Positions 18,349-29,500 of a stretch of DNA of 64,000 nt are shown piece after piece. Each line of letters starts with the position of its first letter. Within the stretch, counting starts at the first letter, position 1. The translations under genes and the position numbers were made by a program. The stretch is from Giardia intestinalis (Eukaryota), in the NCBI GenBank assembly GCA_000002435.2, contig CM018790.1. One strand, written 5' to 3'. The notes under the pieces are model-generated. The model did not search any database and was not told the origin of the DNA. It worked only from the letters and a program-made list of their open reading frames with translations.

Positions 18349-20202
18349 ATGGCGTCTGATGTGGTTATCCAGGAAAACTATGAGATTCTAGACGTAATAG
18401 GCCAGGGAGGCTTTGGCAAAGTATACAAAGTTAGGTATATTCCCACGGAGGCGTTGTACGCCTACAAGCTGATAAGCTATGCCAATGAGACCAGTGAGGT
18501 CCAGGGTCTTATAGAGTCGGAAATCAAGCTTACAAGGCACCTTTCTCATCCTAATATCATCAAGTTCCACCATGTTTACCACTCTGAAGAGCGTAAAGAA
18601 TACCATATTATTATGGATCTTTGCGAAGGCGGGGACCTTCGCCAGTTCATTGACAAGCGGCAGAGGATGCAGACTTCCCTAGAGGAGGAGCTTATATGGC
18701 TGTATATGGGACAGATCCTGCTGGCTCTAGCTTACTTACACTGCCCATTCAAGAGCGGAATCCAGCAGCACGGGCGCATAATTCACCGGGACATCAAGCC
18801 TGCTAATATTTTCATTAAAGGAAGCAATACACTAATAGTTGGAGACCTGGGGATTTGTAAGGACATTGGTCGCCACTCCTCTACTGACGCAAAGATTGGT
18901 ACTCCCGCTTACATGGCCCCCGAAGTCCTCATGAACGTTAAGCAGGGCTATAACGAGAAATCGGATATCTGGTCTCTGGGCCTGATTGTGTACGAGTTGT
19001 GCACTTTTGAAAGATTAGTAAGCGGTGCGACGGTAGCTGATGCAATCGAGTCCATAGAGTACATAAACTTCCCTATCATCGTTGAGGGCTATAGTCTGGA
19101 GCTCGTGGAAGTGATTAATGGAATGATCGATCCAAATATTATGACTAGATTTTCAGCTCATGACTTGCTAGCTCATCCGCGGTTGTGTCCGTACATCAAG
19201 CGGCTCTTAGGACCTAGCGTCACTATCGCTACCTTTACTTATGGAGGAGATCCGTTGCTTGACAAGCATAGCTATAGTTACGGCCTCCAAACTGAAGATC
19301 ACCGGGTCAATGCCACGACACCTTGCTCTGCTAAGAATGATCCTAGCTATAGCACGTCACTAGCAAACATTGCTCTTATGGCCCCAGGTAGCATTGCAGC
19401 AAAGATCTTCAATCATACTCCTCTTATGATTGCTGCCGAAGCAGGAGACCTCTGCGGTGTAGAGGCACACAAGGCGGTGTACTCAAGGAATACAAATACA
19501 CGTGGGTATACTGCGCTGATGCTGGCTGTGGAACAAGGACATATGAAATGCGTCAAATCTCTTTTGGGCGTTGAGGCAGGCCACCAGGCAAACGATGGAA
19601 CAACTGCATTAATCATTGCGCTGACTCGAGGATATACCGACATCGCTAAGCTTCTTTTCCCCCTGGAAGCAGCCATAAAAGCCTACGATGGACGCACGCC
19701 TTTGATGATAGCTGTGGAAAGGCATCACTCGGTACTGATTAAGCCCCTCGCAAAATACTCTGCCGGTGAACAACTTGCTGACGGAACGACGGCTCTCATG
19801 ATCGCAGTCCAACTATTGGATGCCGTGTCCGTAAAGGCGCTTGCCAAGGCAGAATCCGGCATAGCTACTGACAAGGGCAAAACGGCCTTAATGTTAGCTT
19901 CTGAGCAAGGAAGCCTTGCACTGTGCAAGCTTCTAGCTAAAAACGAAGCCGGGCTACAGATGCATGATGGAACAACTGCACTAATGATTGCTCTCGAGCG
20001 GGGGTATGAAGAAGTAGTTGCCCTATTATACAGACGTGAGAAGGACATCTGCAAGGACGATGGCACGACGCCCCATCAACTGGCTGCAAAGACAAATAGA
20101 CAGGACATAATGCAGATATTTACCTCTAAAAAGGACAATACTTTAATAATATCTAAAAGGGTGAAGGAGAGTGTGACGGAACTTAAAGAGCACAGATCTT
20201 AG
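18349..20202 (+). CDS. NEK-family Ser/Thr protein kinase with C-terminal Giardia-type ankyrin repeats; predicted catalytically active.
   Basis: G-loop GQGGFGKV, catalytic Lys (YAYKLI), HRDIKPAN catalytic loop, DLG, GTPAYMAPE activation segment. C-terminal ankyrin units (GYTALMLAVEQGHMKCVKSLL, DGTTALIIALTRGYTDIAKLL ...). Confidence 0.85.
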   Translation: MASDVVIQENYEILDVIGQGGFGKVYKVRYIPTEALYAYKLISYANETSEVQGLIESEIKLTRHLSHPNIIKFHHVYHSEERKEYHIIMDLCEGGDLRQFIDKRQRMQTSLEEELIWLYMGQILLALAYLHCPFKSGIQQHGRIIHRDIKPANIFIKGSNTLIVGDLGICKDIGRHSSTDAKIGTPAYMAPEVLMNVKQGYNEKSDIWSLGLIVYELCTFERLVSGATVADAIESIEYINFPIIVEGYSLELVEVINGMIDPNIMTRFSAHDLLAHPRLCPYIKRLLGPSVTIATFTYGGDPLLDKHSYSYGLQTEDHRVNATTPCSAKNDPSYSTSLANIALMAPGSIAAKIFNHTPLMIAAEAGDLCGVEAHKAVYSRNTNTRGYTALMLAVEQGHMKCVKSLLGVEAGHQANDGTTALIIALTRGYTDIAKLLFPLEAAIKAYDGRTPLMIAVERHHSVLIKPLAKYSAGEQLADGTTALMIAVQLLDAVSVKALAKAESGIATDKGKTALMLASEQGSLALCKLLAKNEAGLQMHDGTTALMIALERGYEEVVALLYRREKDICKDDGTTPHQLAAKTNRQDIMQIFTSKKDNTLIISKRVKESVTELKEHRS

Positions 20203-22826
20203 TAGACAGAATAGGTTGGCTCACCGTGGCTATCGTCGATACTGCCCTCACTGGATGTGTCTATACAGCATTCAAGCATCATGATGATTATGCCTTTGTT
20301 GGTTTGCGAACGGGCCAATGAGCATGTGGTGTTTTCCCACGCTCTGTCCTCGGGTATAGGCTCATATTGCAGAAGAATCTGGACACCCTCAACAAACCCG
20401 TGCTGCACTGCATGCATAAGAGCGGTTTTTCCACTGGTAGACTTTGCACCATGCTCCTTCGGAGCCAGGATAGCTGCACATTCCGCTCTGAGGCCGAAGA
20501 TAGCAGTCATTAAGGAGGTGTAAGAGAACCCGATCAATTCCTTTTCATATGGAACCAAGTTTTTTACCAGTTGCTCCCATCCCAAGTAGGCGCTGATCAT
20601 CATTACGGTAGATTTTCCGATTACGTAGTGGCCCATTCGGAGTAGAGAGTCTATATATCTGACTGAGTATTCTCCGTCTTGTGAAGCGTGCTTTATGACA
20701 TCGACGGAGTTTGGATTTCCTTGTTCTGCCAGCCTGAAGAGAAGGGTCTGTCCGTCTGGCTGGATAGCTAGCAAAGCGTCTGCAGAGACACCATCTGGTG
20801 CGTGTCCTAGCAAGGCATTAACGTACTCCCTTGTATAACCTTTATTTAAGAGAGAGTATCCCTGTAATTGGGCAAGTAAGCGGATGAACAGAGATCTTGC
20901 GGTCGATAGAACGTACTGGTCATACCTGTTATTTCCGCTTAGAAGCAGCTCTAGCTCCGTGGGCTTACTGTCCTTCTTTGTGGACTTACAACTCTGCTTT
21001 CCTTCTTTTGTTTGCTTGCCCTGTGGTCTCTTCATGTCTTTTACAAGTAAAAAGATCTTTGTGACCATCGGATCCTCGAAAGGCTCTGGATCATTCTCGT
21101 TCTGGTAGTGACACCAGAAGTCGCGCCTGTCCACAAACTCGGATATGAGATTGCTCAGAGATTCCGTTACCTTAAGACCTTCGCTATCTTTCAGTAACTT
21201 GTCAAAGAGACTCTGAAGTTCTGGGGTTAAAGGCTCCATGCACTCTACCGGGTCACTAAGCAAGGCATCAGTCCATGTGCCGGCAGATGTAACAGTGCTA
21301 GCCACGGTGGCAGTAGTACCGATTGCAGACTCGTGTGCGTTTATGCTTACACCTGCTGGAGCAAAGCCTTTACACCGTCGATCTAGTTGCTGCGGGAGAA
21401 TCTTTATTTGTGCCAGTTCCTCCCGAATACATTCCTGCACTTGCTGTTTAAAGTCTTGGCAAGCTGCTGTCAATGTACTGAGCTCAGATGTGATGTTGAC
21501 ATTCTGTGCTAATAGTTGGGTCAAGTGCTTGATCACGGGACCATTAGCTTCGTCCCCGCTTTTTTCCTTCTGTGTGTTTGTGATAGCTACTTGAATAGCC
21601 ACTGTTTTGACGGAGGATGCCTTTCTAGGGGTCTGTGTGGCATCCACAGAAATGCTAGTCATGACACGGCTTTCAGTGTTCTTCTTTTCTTTCAGCAGCC
21701 TTGCGTTGGTCCTTTCAAGTTCTACAATCTTCTCTTCAAGCTTTTTAATATGATAATCATCTTCTTCTTTCTCTGCCGCATGAGCTTTGATGATATCGTC
21801 TAATTCTGCCACCTTCTGCTCAAGCTTAGTCTCGAGCTCAGCATGCTGCTCCTGGAGTTGGGTGCTAATCTTCTTCAGATCGGGCTCGTCAACCAGGCTC
21901 GTTTCTACTGATTTAGATGGCGGCAGCAAGTTAAGCGATTCCATATACCCACGCACTGTAGGCAACATAAGAAGATCCTCGATACACCATCTCTGCTCGG
22001 GATTGACAACCAAGAGCATGGAAAGGCAGAGCTGAACATTTCTGTCGAGGTTTGGTATGGGCTTAACAATGACACTTTCCTTAGTTGTGGAATCGTGGTG
22101 AAACCTTGGGTACTCTAATTTAACCAAGTACCACATAATTGCTCCGACAGACCAGCAATCCAGCGCCCTGAGATGTATTTTTTCTTCTAAGTTGTCTGGT
22201 GCCAGGAATGACAGATATTCCTCGTGTGCTGCTGCGTCTGCTAACCCCTTGCTTGTTTCAATGCAATTAAACAGATTCAAAATTAATAGCTTAACTTCCA
22301 GATTGCTGTTAATAAATATAACGCTTGGAGTGACAGCAATATGAGCCACCCGTTCTTCTTCTGTCATACCTTCAAATAACTTTAGCACATGTAGGAACAA
22401 GTCAGGGGTAACATTCGTGTAGTCTTTGTCCAGGCCGACTGTATTCCGCCTTCCTTCTATGGTAGAAAACAAGATAAGTATATAAATTAGCTGAACTGTG
22501 ATCTTCCAGAATTCATCTACGTCAAGTTCCCGGTTCTGGCTCTTCAACTCGTTGATAAAGTGTGACAGAGGCACGCCGTGCTTTTCCATTACGATGTATC
22601 CATCGTCGCCGTCAAATACCAATGGATAAAACTGGATGAACCTATTCTTTGGTAGAGCGCAAAGCGCAGCAAGAGACCTATCATAAGCCTTTGGAAAAGG
22701 TGGAATGAAGTCCGACCTTTTAAACCGATAGACGCACAACCCCTTATCACGTGCATGCTCGTAGAGGTCAAAGCCCATGCTTCGATAGAGGAACCTACTT
22801 GAACAGACTTGAGCGGAGTGCTCCAT
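20199..22826 (-). CDS. NEK-like pseudokinase, then a coiled-coil, then C-terminal ankyrin repeats (875 aa).
   Basis: Kinase-like N-terminus with subdomain IX remnant DCWSVGAIMWYLV but no Gly-loop and no HRD. Long heptad-like Glu/Lys-rich stretch (LQEQHAELETKLEQKVAELDD...). Ankyrin units near the C-terminus (GKTALMHAVQHGFVEGVQILL). Confidence 0.75.
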   Translation of the reverse strand: MEHSAQVCSSRFLYRSMGFDLYEHARDKGLCVYRFKRSDFIPPFPKAYDRSLAALCALPKNRFIQFYPLVFDGDDGYIVMEKHGVPLSHFINELKSQNRELDVDEFWKITVQLIYILILFSTIEGRRNTVGLDKDYTNVTPDLFLHVLKLFEGMTEEERVAHIAVTPSVIFINSNLEVKLLILNLFNCIETSKGLADAAAHEEYLSFLAPDNLEEKIHLRALDCWSVGAIMWYLVKLEYPRFHHDSTTKESVIVKPIPNLDRNVQLCLSMLLVVNPEQRWCIEDLLMLPTVRGYMESLNLLPPSKSVETSLVDEPDLKKISTQLQEQHAELETKLEQKVAELDDIIKAHAAEKEEDDYHIKKLEEKIVELERTNARLLKEKKNTESRVMTSISVDATQTPRKASSVKTVAIQVAITNTQKEKSGDEANGPVIKHLTQLLAQNVNITSELSTLTAACQDFKQQVQECIREELAQIKILPQQLDRRCKGFAPAGVSINAHESAIGTTATVASTVTSAGTWTDALLSDPVECMEPLTPELQSLFDKLLKDSEGLKVTESLSNLISEFVDRRDFWCHYQNENDPEPFEDPMVTKIFLLVKDMKRPQGKQTKEGKQSCKSTKKDSKPTELELLLSGNNRYDQYVLSTARSLFIRLLAQLQGYSLLNKGYTREYVNALLGHAPDGVSADALLAIQPDGQTLLFRLAEQGNPNSVDVIKHASQDGEYSVRYIDSLLRMGHYVIGKSTVMMISAYLGWEQLVKNLVPYEKELIGFSYTSLMTAIFGLRAECAAILAPKEHGAKSTSGKTALMHAVQHGFVEGVQILLQYEPIPEDRAWENTTCSLARSQTNKGIIIMMLECCIDTSSEGSIDDSHGEPTYSVY

Positions 22827-22950
22827 CTATGCGAAGTACAAGAATTTATTTGGAGATAAAGATAATAAGAAAACAAGACGGTAGAACACTAGAATATCTG
22901 AATAAGAATCTAGTCCTAACTCTAATGCAGAACAAAGGACAAAGATGCTG

Positions 22951-25734
22951 TCACGTGAGTATGAAAAGCACTCCGTCCTCCAGCAGAGCCGTTTGATCTT
23001 CTACTAACCTAGCTATAGCCATATCTATTTGACTGTCTGTAAGTTCCTGAACATTTGTAGAGCGGCACCGAGCCTTCAGCCACGGAATAAAGTCGCTGAG
23101 CTGCACAGCTGTGAGTCCAGTTTCCTCTGTGTACGTTGATATGGCCCTCACCACTGTTAAGTAGACGCCAGAGTCAACGGAATTATCTCCAGAAACGTCT
23201 CGTGAGCCACCAGCGGGGTCAGGATCTTGCACAATCGATGAGACACCTCCAATAAGGTGAGTTTCATCGCCAGCTATGTCGGTGTTAGATACTGTCCCGC
23301 GTACAGAGTCTTCCTTCTCACCATAAATGCAGACAACCAATAATATGTACGCCTCAATGACATCCTCTGGCTCAACCTCCCTGGGAGGAAAGCTGAGCTT
23401 CGTTAATGCCGTAGCCAGCCTAATCAAAGACTCGAGGATGCGGGCTGTAACAGGGATGTTCGGAGGATGGCGACGCGCGTTGACTGCACGCTGCCGCAAG
23501 TCTGTATAACACTTCGACACCTGTCGTACGGCCCTTTCTGACATGTAGGGGCCTGAGCGGTTCAAGGAGCGTGCGTACTTAATTATGTCTCGCAGAAATC
23601 CGTGAGAAAGAAGTGCTCGTGCTCTATTGACTGTGTACACGTCAGAATTCCAAGTCCTTTCCAATTTCTCTGTGTATATTTGATGAATTTCATCGTTAGC
23701 ACCCTGAAAATACAGCGGACTCATGAGGTCGAATGACAAGGGCATTGATGAGCCAGCAGCAGTTCCAGAATTTCCTTGCGTTGTAGCAGATCTTTGGTTT
23801 GTGTTTTTGAGGAATTCTATGAGCTCCTTGCCGTCAAATGTTAGCTCCTGGTCTTTGTACATATCATAATATCCACCCCTGCCCGGTGTGTCACCGACAG
23901 ATGATTCTTCATCATGTGCCAACTTATTTCTTATGTAGTTATCCACACAGTTATCCCCTGGAATGACATGTGTACCCTGCTTCGTGAGCTCTGCAAGGCT
24001 CTCCTCTATTCCCTGTTCTAAGGTCTTCCTTTGTTCCTGAGCAGCCTTTAAAGCGTCCAGACCCATGCTAGTCATGTGGTTTAGAAGAACATGGGAGGCT
24101 ATCTTAGCATCCATTGTATGGTCGTCCCGTACAAGGAAAACAAGATCGTATCTGCTCAACAAGGAATCTGGAAGCGCTATGTTTTCAGCAAAGGAGCGCT
24201 TTGGATCGAAGAAGCCGTAAACGGGATTGGCTGCTGCAAGTACGCTACACCGCGCATTCAGGGTACAGTGGAGGCCCGCCTTGCTGATCGAGATACTCTG
24301 CTGCTCTAAGGCCTCGTGAAGGAGAGCACGGTCATCAGCATCTACCTTATCAAATTCATCTATTAGCAGAACACCCTTATCTGCAAGAACGGCAGCGCCA
24401 GGATCCAGACGCCGCTCCCCTGTTGTCCCATCGATAACTACCGCCGCGGTTAAGCCAACTCCAGAGGATCCGCGACCTGTCGTCTGCACAGACACCGGCA
24501 TCAATTGCTTGACAACCCGCAGCATCTGGGACTTTGCGCTGCCCGGGTCTCCTATCAGGAGGATGTTAATGTCTCCGCGTATTCTACTGGAAGACGAGAA
24601 TTCGCGGGGGACCCCCTGAAGCAGTTGAAGGACTATTCCACGCTTTACAATCCAATGCCCATATATGGCTGGTGCAAACGATGCTGTTAGCACATCAAGT
24701 GCATAGCCAGAGAGGGAGACCAGCTGGGTGTTGTTCCTATGCCGCATCCAACGGGATATGTCTGTGCACCTCTTCAAGAAACGAATCACGTGTTCCTCTG
24801 CGGTCGATATGTGTCGGATCGGCGTGCGCTCCAACACATTAATGGACAGTGCAAGTAGAAAGTTTCCTATGGAGGATGACTTAGTGTTTGATGTCTCGCC
24901 AGCTCTATGGTGAACGCTGGGGTTGAATATCCCTAGTATTTCTACGAGATCACCGGATTTGCACTTGTCAATCAGATGATTGCGAAGAATGACTGGTATG
25001 GAGCGAGGCAAGCGACCAGAAGGAACATACTCCGGGTGGTCCTGGACTAGTATCTTCTGTACGCTATCAAACAGAGAGAGGCCATACTCTCGCACAGTGG
25101 CCTGTGCAGTTGACGTTCTATGCAGTCTGCTATCAGATGGAGAAGAACCGGGTGCACCAAGAGTTAGAAATGGTGCGGTTTCAGGACTGGGTTCCCCAGT
25201 GGCTGGTCCGACTTCTCCCTCGGTAAAGAGCATGGAGTGCTGCCGTAGAATGAAGCCCCGCATCGATTCAGGTGCAACGGTGGTATATGGGTCTTCATAC
25301 ATAGTTTCCAGAAAAGTCCCGGTACTAGGCTGGAACTCAATGAGTCTGGATATGGAGGGCCTGGGCGCCGTCAATTTAGTCACAATCCCCGTAATCTTGA
25401 AGAGCTGCTTCAGGCATGCAGAATTGAGATTACGAGGTAGGGTTGTATGGTCAGCAGTGACATCGCCCGTAAGAAGGACGCTGAGACGCTGAGCATGGCC
25501 ACCTGTGTAATGATTACTGTTAATATGCTCCTCGATGGCTGGGATGTATAAGTATGGCGCCTGAATGATCTCTACAAAGAGGGCGGGGCTCATCTCGCGA
25601 ATTTTCGTCATGTCCAGCTCGACTGTTGATGATGGAACAGGCCCAGAACGCGTGGCCAAAAATTGACGAGAAATATAGGAGAACTCATTCTCAAAGCGAC
25701 TGATTTCCTCCAGAGCTGCAGCATACGGTTGCAT
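22951..25734 (-). CDS. MCM-family replicative helicase subunit (possibly MCM3-like) with a long C-terminal extension (927 aa).
   Basis: MCM box: Walker A GDINILLIGDPGSAKSQML, Walker B LIDEFDKV, arginine finger SRYDLVF, sensor region AANPVYG. Walker A resembles MCM3 (GDINILLIGDPSVAKSQLL). Confidence 0.85.
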   Translation of the reverse strand: MQPYAAALEEISRFENEFSYISRQFLATRSGPVPSSTVELDMTKIREMSPALFVEIIQAPYLYIPAIEEHINSNHYTGGHAQRLSVLLTGDVTADHTTLPRNLNSACLKQLFKITGIVTKLTAPRPSISRLIEFQPSTGTFLETMYEDPYTTVAPESMRGFILRQHSMLFTEGEVGPATGEPSPETAPFLTLGAPGSSPSDSRLHRTSTAQATVREYGLSLFDSVQKILVQDHPEYVPSGRLPRSIPVILRNHLIDKCKSGDLVEILGIFNPSVHHRAGETSNTKSSSIGNFLLALSINVLERTPIRHISTAEEHVIRFLKRCTDISRWMRHRNNTQLVSLSGYALDVLTASFAPAIYGHWIVKRGIVLQLLQGVPREFSSSSRIRGDINILLIGDPGSAKSQMLRVVKQLMPVSVQTTGRGSSGVGLTAAVVIDGTTGERRLDPGAAVLADKGVLLIDEFDKVDADDRALLHEALEQQSISISKAGLHCTLNARCSVLAAANPVYGFFDPKRSFAENIALPDSLLSRYDLVFLVRDDHTMDAKIASHVLLNHMTSMGLDALKAAQEQRKTLEQGIEESLAELTKQGTHVIPGDNCVDNYIRNKLAHDEESSVGDTPGRGGYYDMYKDQELTFDGKELIEFLKNTNQRSATTQGNSGTAAGSSMPLSFDLMSPLYFQGANDEIHQIYTEKLERTWNSDVYTVNRARALLSHGFLRDIIKYARSLNRSGPYMSERAVRQVSKCYTDLRQRAVNARRHPPNIPVTARILESLIRLATALTKLSFPPREVEPEDVIEAYILLVVCIYGEKEDSVRGTVSNTDIAGDETHLIGGVSSIVQDPDPAGGSRDVSGDNSVDSGVYLTVVRAISTYTEETGLTAVQLSDFIPWLKARCRSTNVQELTDSQIDMAIARLVEDQTALLEDGVLFILT

Positions 25735-25792
25735 ACCAGCTCAATATCGGGCAAAAAAGCAGAGGCCTTGTTTTTTCAAAAGACTCTTTAAA

Positions 25793-26575
25793 ATGCTTTG
25801 TGGGACCCTGTGCCTGGCTCTGTGCCTGATCAGTGTCAGCTCTGTATTTGGGTCGAAGACAGAGGATGCTGTGAAGATGGATACCATACTAACAGAGGGT
25901 GTGCACCTCTTCATGACCCAGCTTCTTCAGAGCGTGGCAGATGACTGCAAAACGTGCGTTACTGAGTACACGGCACCAGCAATAGATCTTTTTAAGGATG
26001 TCTGTGCAATATGCATCACTGAATACCGAGAGCACGGACTTAACCTATACACGAAAGGCTGTCAAGATTGCATTGAGATATACCAATCTTATCTGATGGT
26101 TCCCTATGCCGGGACGTATTCTATTTGCAGAAAGTACTATGCCAGCTACGACCTAGAGTTATTTGGCACCGGCTGCACCAAGTACATAACTGCATATCTT
26201 GACGGGGGGCTCGTCTTACCCGGAGAAGCATGCGCTCACTGCCTGAAACTTTTCATCGCGCACTCCCTTACCGTATACAATGGTAGCTGCTATGCGTACA
26301 TCGCACAAAGTACATCAAAGCAACTGGCGCAGGCGAACATTCCTCCAACACACAACTTCAAACTCGGAGAGATAATGTACGACGGTATCTTGCCTGTACG
26401 GATCTACAAGGGATGTCTACGAAGCGTCCAGAACTACTATGCGCCCCTCTTGCTAAACTTTTATAAGGATAACAGGTATGCAATATGCTTGGGAGCTATG
26501 TACTTTATGTCACTGATGATTGGCCTCGGCTGTCTACACTGTGGTGTGTATCGCTCGAAGAGTAGCGACTTATAA
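25793..26575 (+). CDS. Small secreted or membrane Cys-rich protein (260 aa) with signal peptide, several CXXC motifs and a C-terminal hydrophobic segment; hypothetical.
   Basis: MLCGTLCLALCLISVSSVFG leader; CKTC, CAIC, CQDC, CAHC motifs; C-terminal YFMSLMIGLGCLHCGVY. Its ATG is 58 bp from the divergent MCM start. Confidence 0.5.
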   Translation: MLCGTLCLALCLISVSSVFGSKTEDAVKMDTILTEGVHLFMTQLLQSVADDCKTCVTEYTAPAIDLFKDVCAICITEYREHGLNLYTKGCQDCIEIYQSYLMVPYAGTYSICRKYYASYDLELFGTGCTKYITAYLDGGLVLPGEACAHCLKLFIAHSLTVYNGSCYAYIAQSTSKQLAQANIPPTHNFKLGEIMYDGILPVRIYKGCLRSVQNYYAPLLLNFYKDNRYAICLGAMYFMSLMIGLGCLHCGVYRSKSSDL

Positions 26576-29500
26576 GCAAGTCAAACTTGTCTCTTTTCTT
26601 AGTGCCGTATTGTATCCTCCACTACTTCTCTGGATTTCGCTAGGTCGCATGCTTGATATACTAAATGGTCCTACCCTCTTTATACTGACTCCTATTATAT
26701 CAGTGGTGTTTTTATTGAGTACAGCATCCAGCGGTACTGTCCTCCGCTTGGCTCTTGCCATCTTGGGGACACTCTGGGTCTTGTGTTCCAGGTAAACAGA
26801 AGTTGGCATTATGTCAGGGTGGTGCGCCATGTTGTGCGTTGTAGTAGTAAACGTCTTTGACACAGGTATGGAAGAGGTAATCTCATTAGTGCCTCTATCG
26901 GATTGGCCAAGGGTATCAGATATGTCTGAAAAGATGTTCGTCCGTAGACTACTTAATGGAACGCTAAACCTTTTTGTGGTTGAGCTAAGAGTGTCATATT
27001 CTGTGTTATATTCCATGTTATCTATGTTCCCTTTAGAGCAGGTAACAGTTACACCAGTCGAATTGGAAGGTAATGTTAAACCTTTAGCTGTTGCGTTATT
27101 AGCAGAAGAACTATGTGCAGATAATGGTGAGTTTGTGACATCAGAGGACTCGCCATCTAATGTCCTGGTCGTGCCCAAGTGATCTGGAGACTGGTGTTTC
27201 TCCTCTATAGTCAAACATTCATCGTCTACTAAAGCCAGATTGTAGCTGGTGGCATTCTTAGAAGTCGCCAGGATCGCTTTAGAGAGATGGCCACTCGAAG
27301 CCTTTGAGGCAGTGCCAAGACGAACTGACACATGCATTATTCCCTTGTATGTTGGAAGAGAAGCGTCATCAGAATCCTTTACAGTAGCTAGATTGAACTC
27401 TCTGGTGGATTGATCCAACTCTACCTTTAACAAAAGATTGTCAGAATATGGCAAACGAGTTGTGCTGATGAGTGTTGAAGCTCCGGTGCTTGTAGCCATG
27501 CATGGGTCTGGAACAGTAGGTTCTGAAATATCTCGAATGTGAAGCGTGTCTATAAGATAGCCGAAGCTTTCCGGCGGCTGCGGCACCGCTACTGACATAG
27601 CAGGGCGACCGACTCCAGCTCTGTGACCGCAAACATTATTGTTAGCACACCGTAAGGGTAGCTGTGTATCGATGGGAGGATGAGTCTGCTGTGGCAAGGG
27701 CAGAAGAAAATCATCTTCTGAACTAGAATAGCTCACCGGACGAAGTAAGGTGGTAATATTTCCATCGGTGCCAATAGCATCTTCGCCGCGTGGAGCCATG
27801 AGAACTTCTGGTGCGTTATCGAGTAGGTTGTTGGGTTGGAGAGACTCTATGAGCATTGCCTTCTTAGATAATATGCTTTCAGCAAGAGCTGCCGTTTCGC
27901 TGTGAACAATGGGAGTGGTTACAATTTGGAGGCAATCTCTATTACTAAGTTCATTTGCCGCTAGGATCAGTTCAGGACTGGGGCTGGTGCTGCTGCTATT
28001 GGTAAGCATATATAATTTGGATCTTTTCTTGATTAACTCTTCTGCATCGAGATCGTCCGAGCTCCTATTTTCTATATCATCTGCTACTATCCCAAGACGA
28101 TTTTCCTCCTTCAGTTGCTGATATGCCGCATTACGAGAGATACTGGCCTTCTTACTGCTCTTGGCTACAAGCTTCTTGATATGGTTCTTTGAAATGGATC
28201 GAAAAGGAACTTGTTTCCTGTCTAGAACAGATACCTGTGCCTGGGTGGCTTCTGGTGCTGTTACATAATTGGACTCGGTGACTGAACAGTTAGTTATAGA
28301 TGGGCACTGAGTAAATAGTTCTGCTGATGACGGCTCGTCAGTGTAGCTACCCGCACTCGCAAGCTCATTGTTCTGAAGAGTGGACTCGGTGACTGCCTTA
28401 GTATGCAGTCGTTCTCTCTGTGAATGAGTGGATACAGTTGAGAGGGTGGTACGATTGTGAGAGGCTTGATAGGTGTCTTTTTCCGACTGAGGCGGAGGTT
28501 CATGTGAGGAGTGAAGTAATGAAGAAGTCAGAGAGTCTTTAACGGTCGAGGCGTCCATCCTCCTTTTGGATGTTACTGGGTTGCTTGCGGCTATGCTACC
28601 GTCAAAAAGTATGGTTCTATTGATTAAGTGAAGATTCTCTGTCTTCAAGAAGGAAAAGTCTTCAAGTCCATCCTTCTCTAGCTTCTCTAGAGTCAATTCA
28701 ATAAACATGCGTTCCCTCAACGTTCCAGTCATGCTCTTCTCAAGCTGGCTCTTGTACATTCCCCCCAGGCTAATGTCTCGGAAGGCATTTGTGGCCCTAA
28801 CTTGGTTGTGCAAGTTTATGACACCCTCTCTATCCTCCTCATCTCGGAGCCTCCGAGTTGCAAAGGTTGGCGTGCTGTATGAACACTCATGGCAGGTAGA
28901 TATATTATTTGTATAAAGATTGTATACTTTTGGTGAAATCTGCATAGCTCCATCCATTGTGCTGATCTTCTCTAGTGTAACCTGTGTGGCATTGTCAATC
29001 TCCTTAATGTTGCTGGCAATCTTGGCATCAGAGTGGGGAAGGAACGATAACTCCTCTCTGTGCTCTTTGGTGCTCCTAGTAACTATGGGCAACACGGCGT
29101 GTGAGTCTAGGTCAGCGAGTCCGCCTTCAAATCTATCCATAACCTGCCTTATGCTTGTGCCTTTCCGTCCAATGGTCTGCTTGTTATGTTTAGAGCTATA
29201 GGTTGTTGATTTAGTAGATTGTAGAGGCTTGCTGCCTATGTGGTTTTCAGAGGAGATTCCCCGGTGCTTAGTGGTTGTCTTTAATGGATCTCTTGTCACT
29301 GGAACGTGTATAACTCTGCGGTACTTAGTATTTGCGGCTACTTTTGCGACTATCTTGGGAGCTGGAGCCATGGTTGGACATCGCTCAACCCCAGTGCTTA
29401 CTATTCTTCTAGAAGAAATGCTATGAGTGCTGTTCTGGATGCCCCTACTGGAAGCATGTTCTTGGCCATTAGTCACTGGTGTTACGGAAGAATGCACTAG

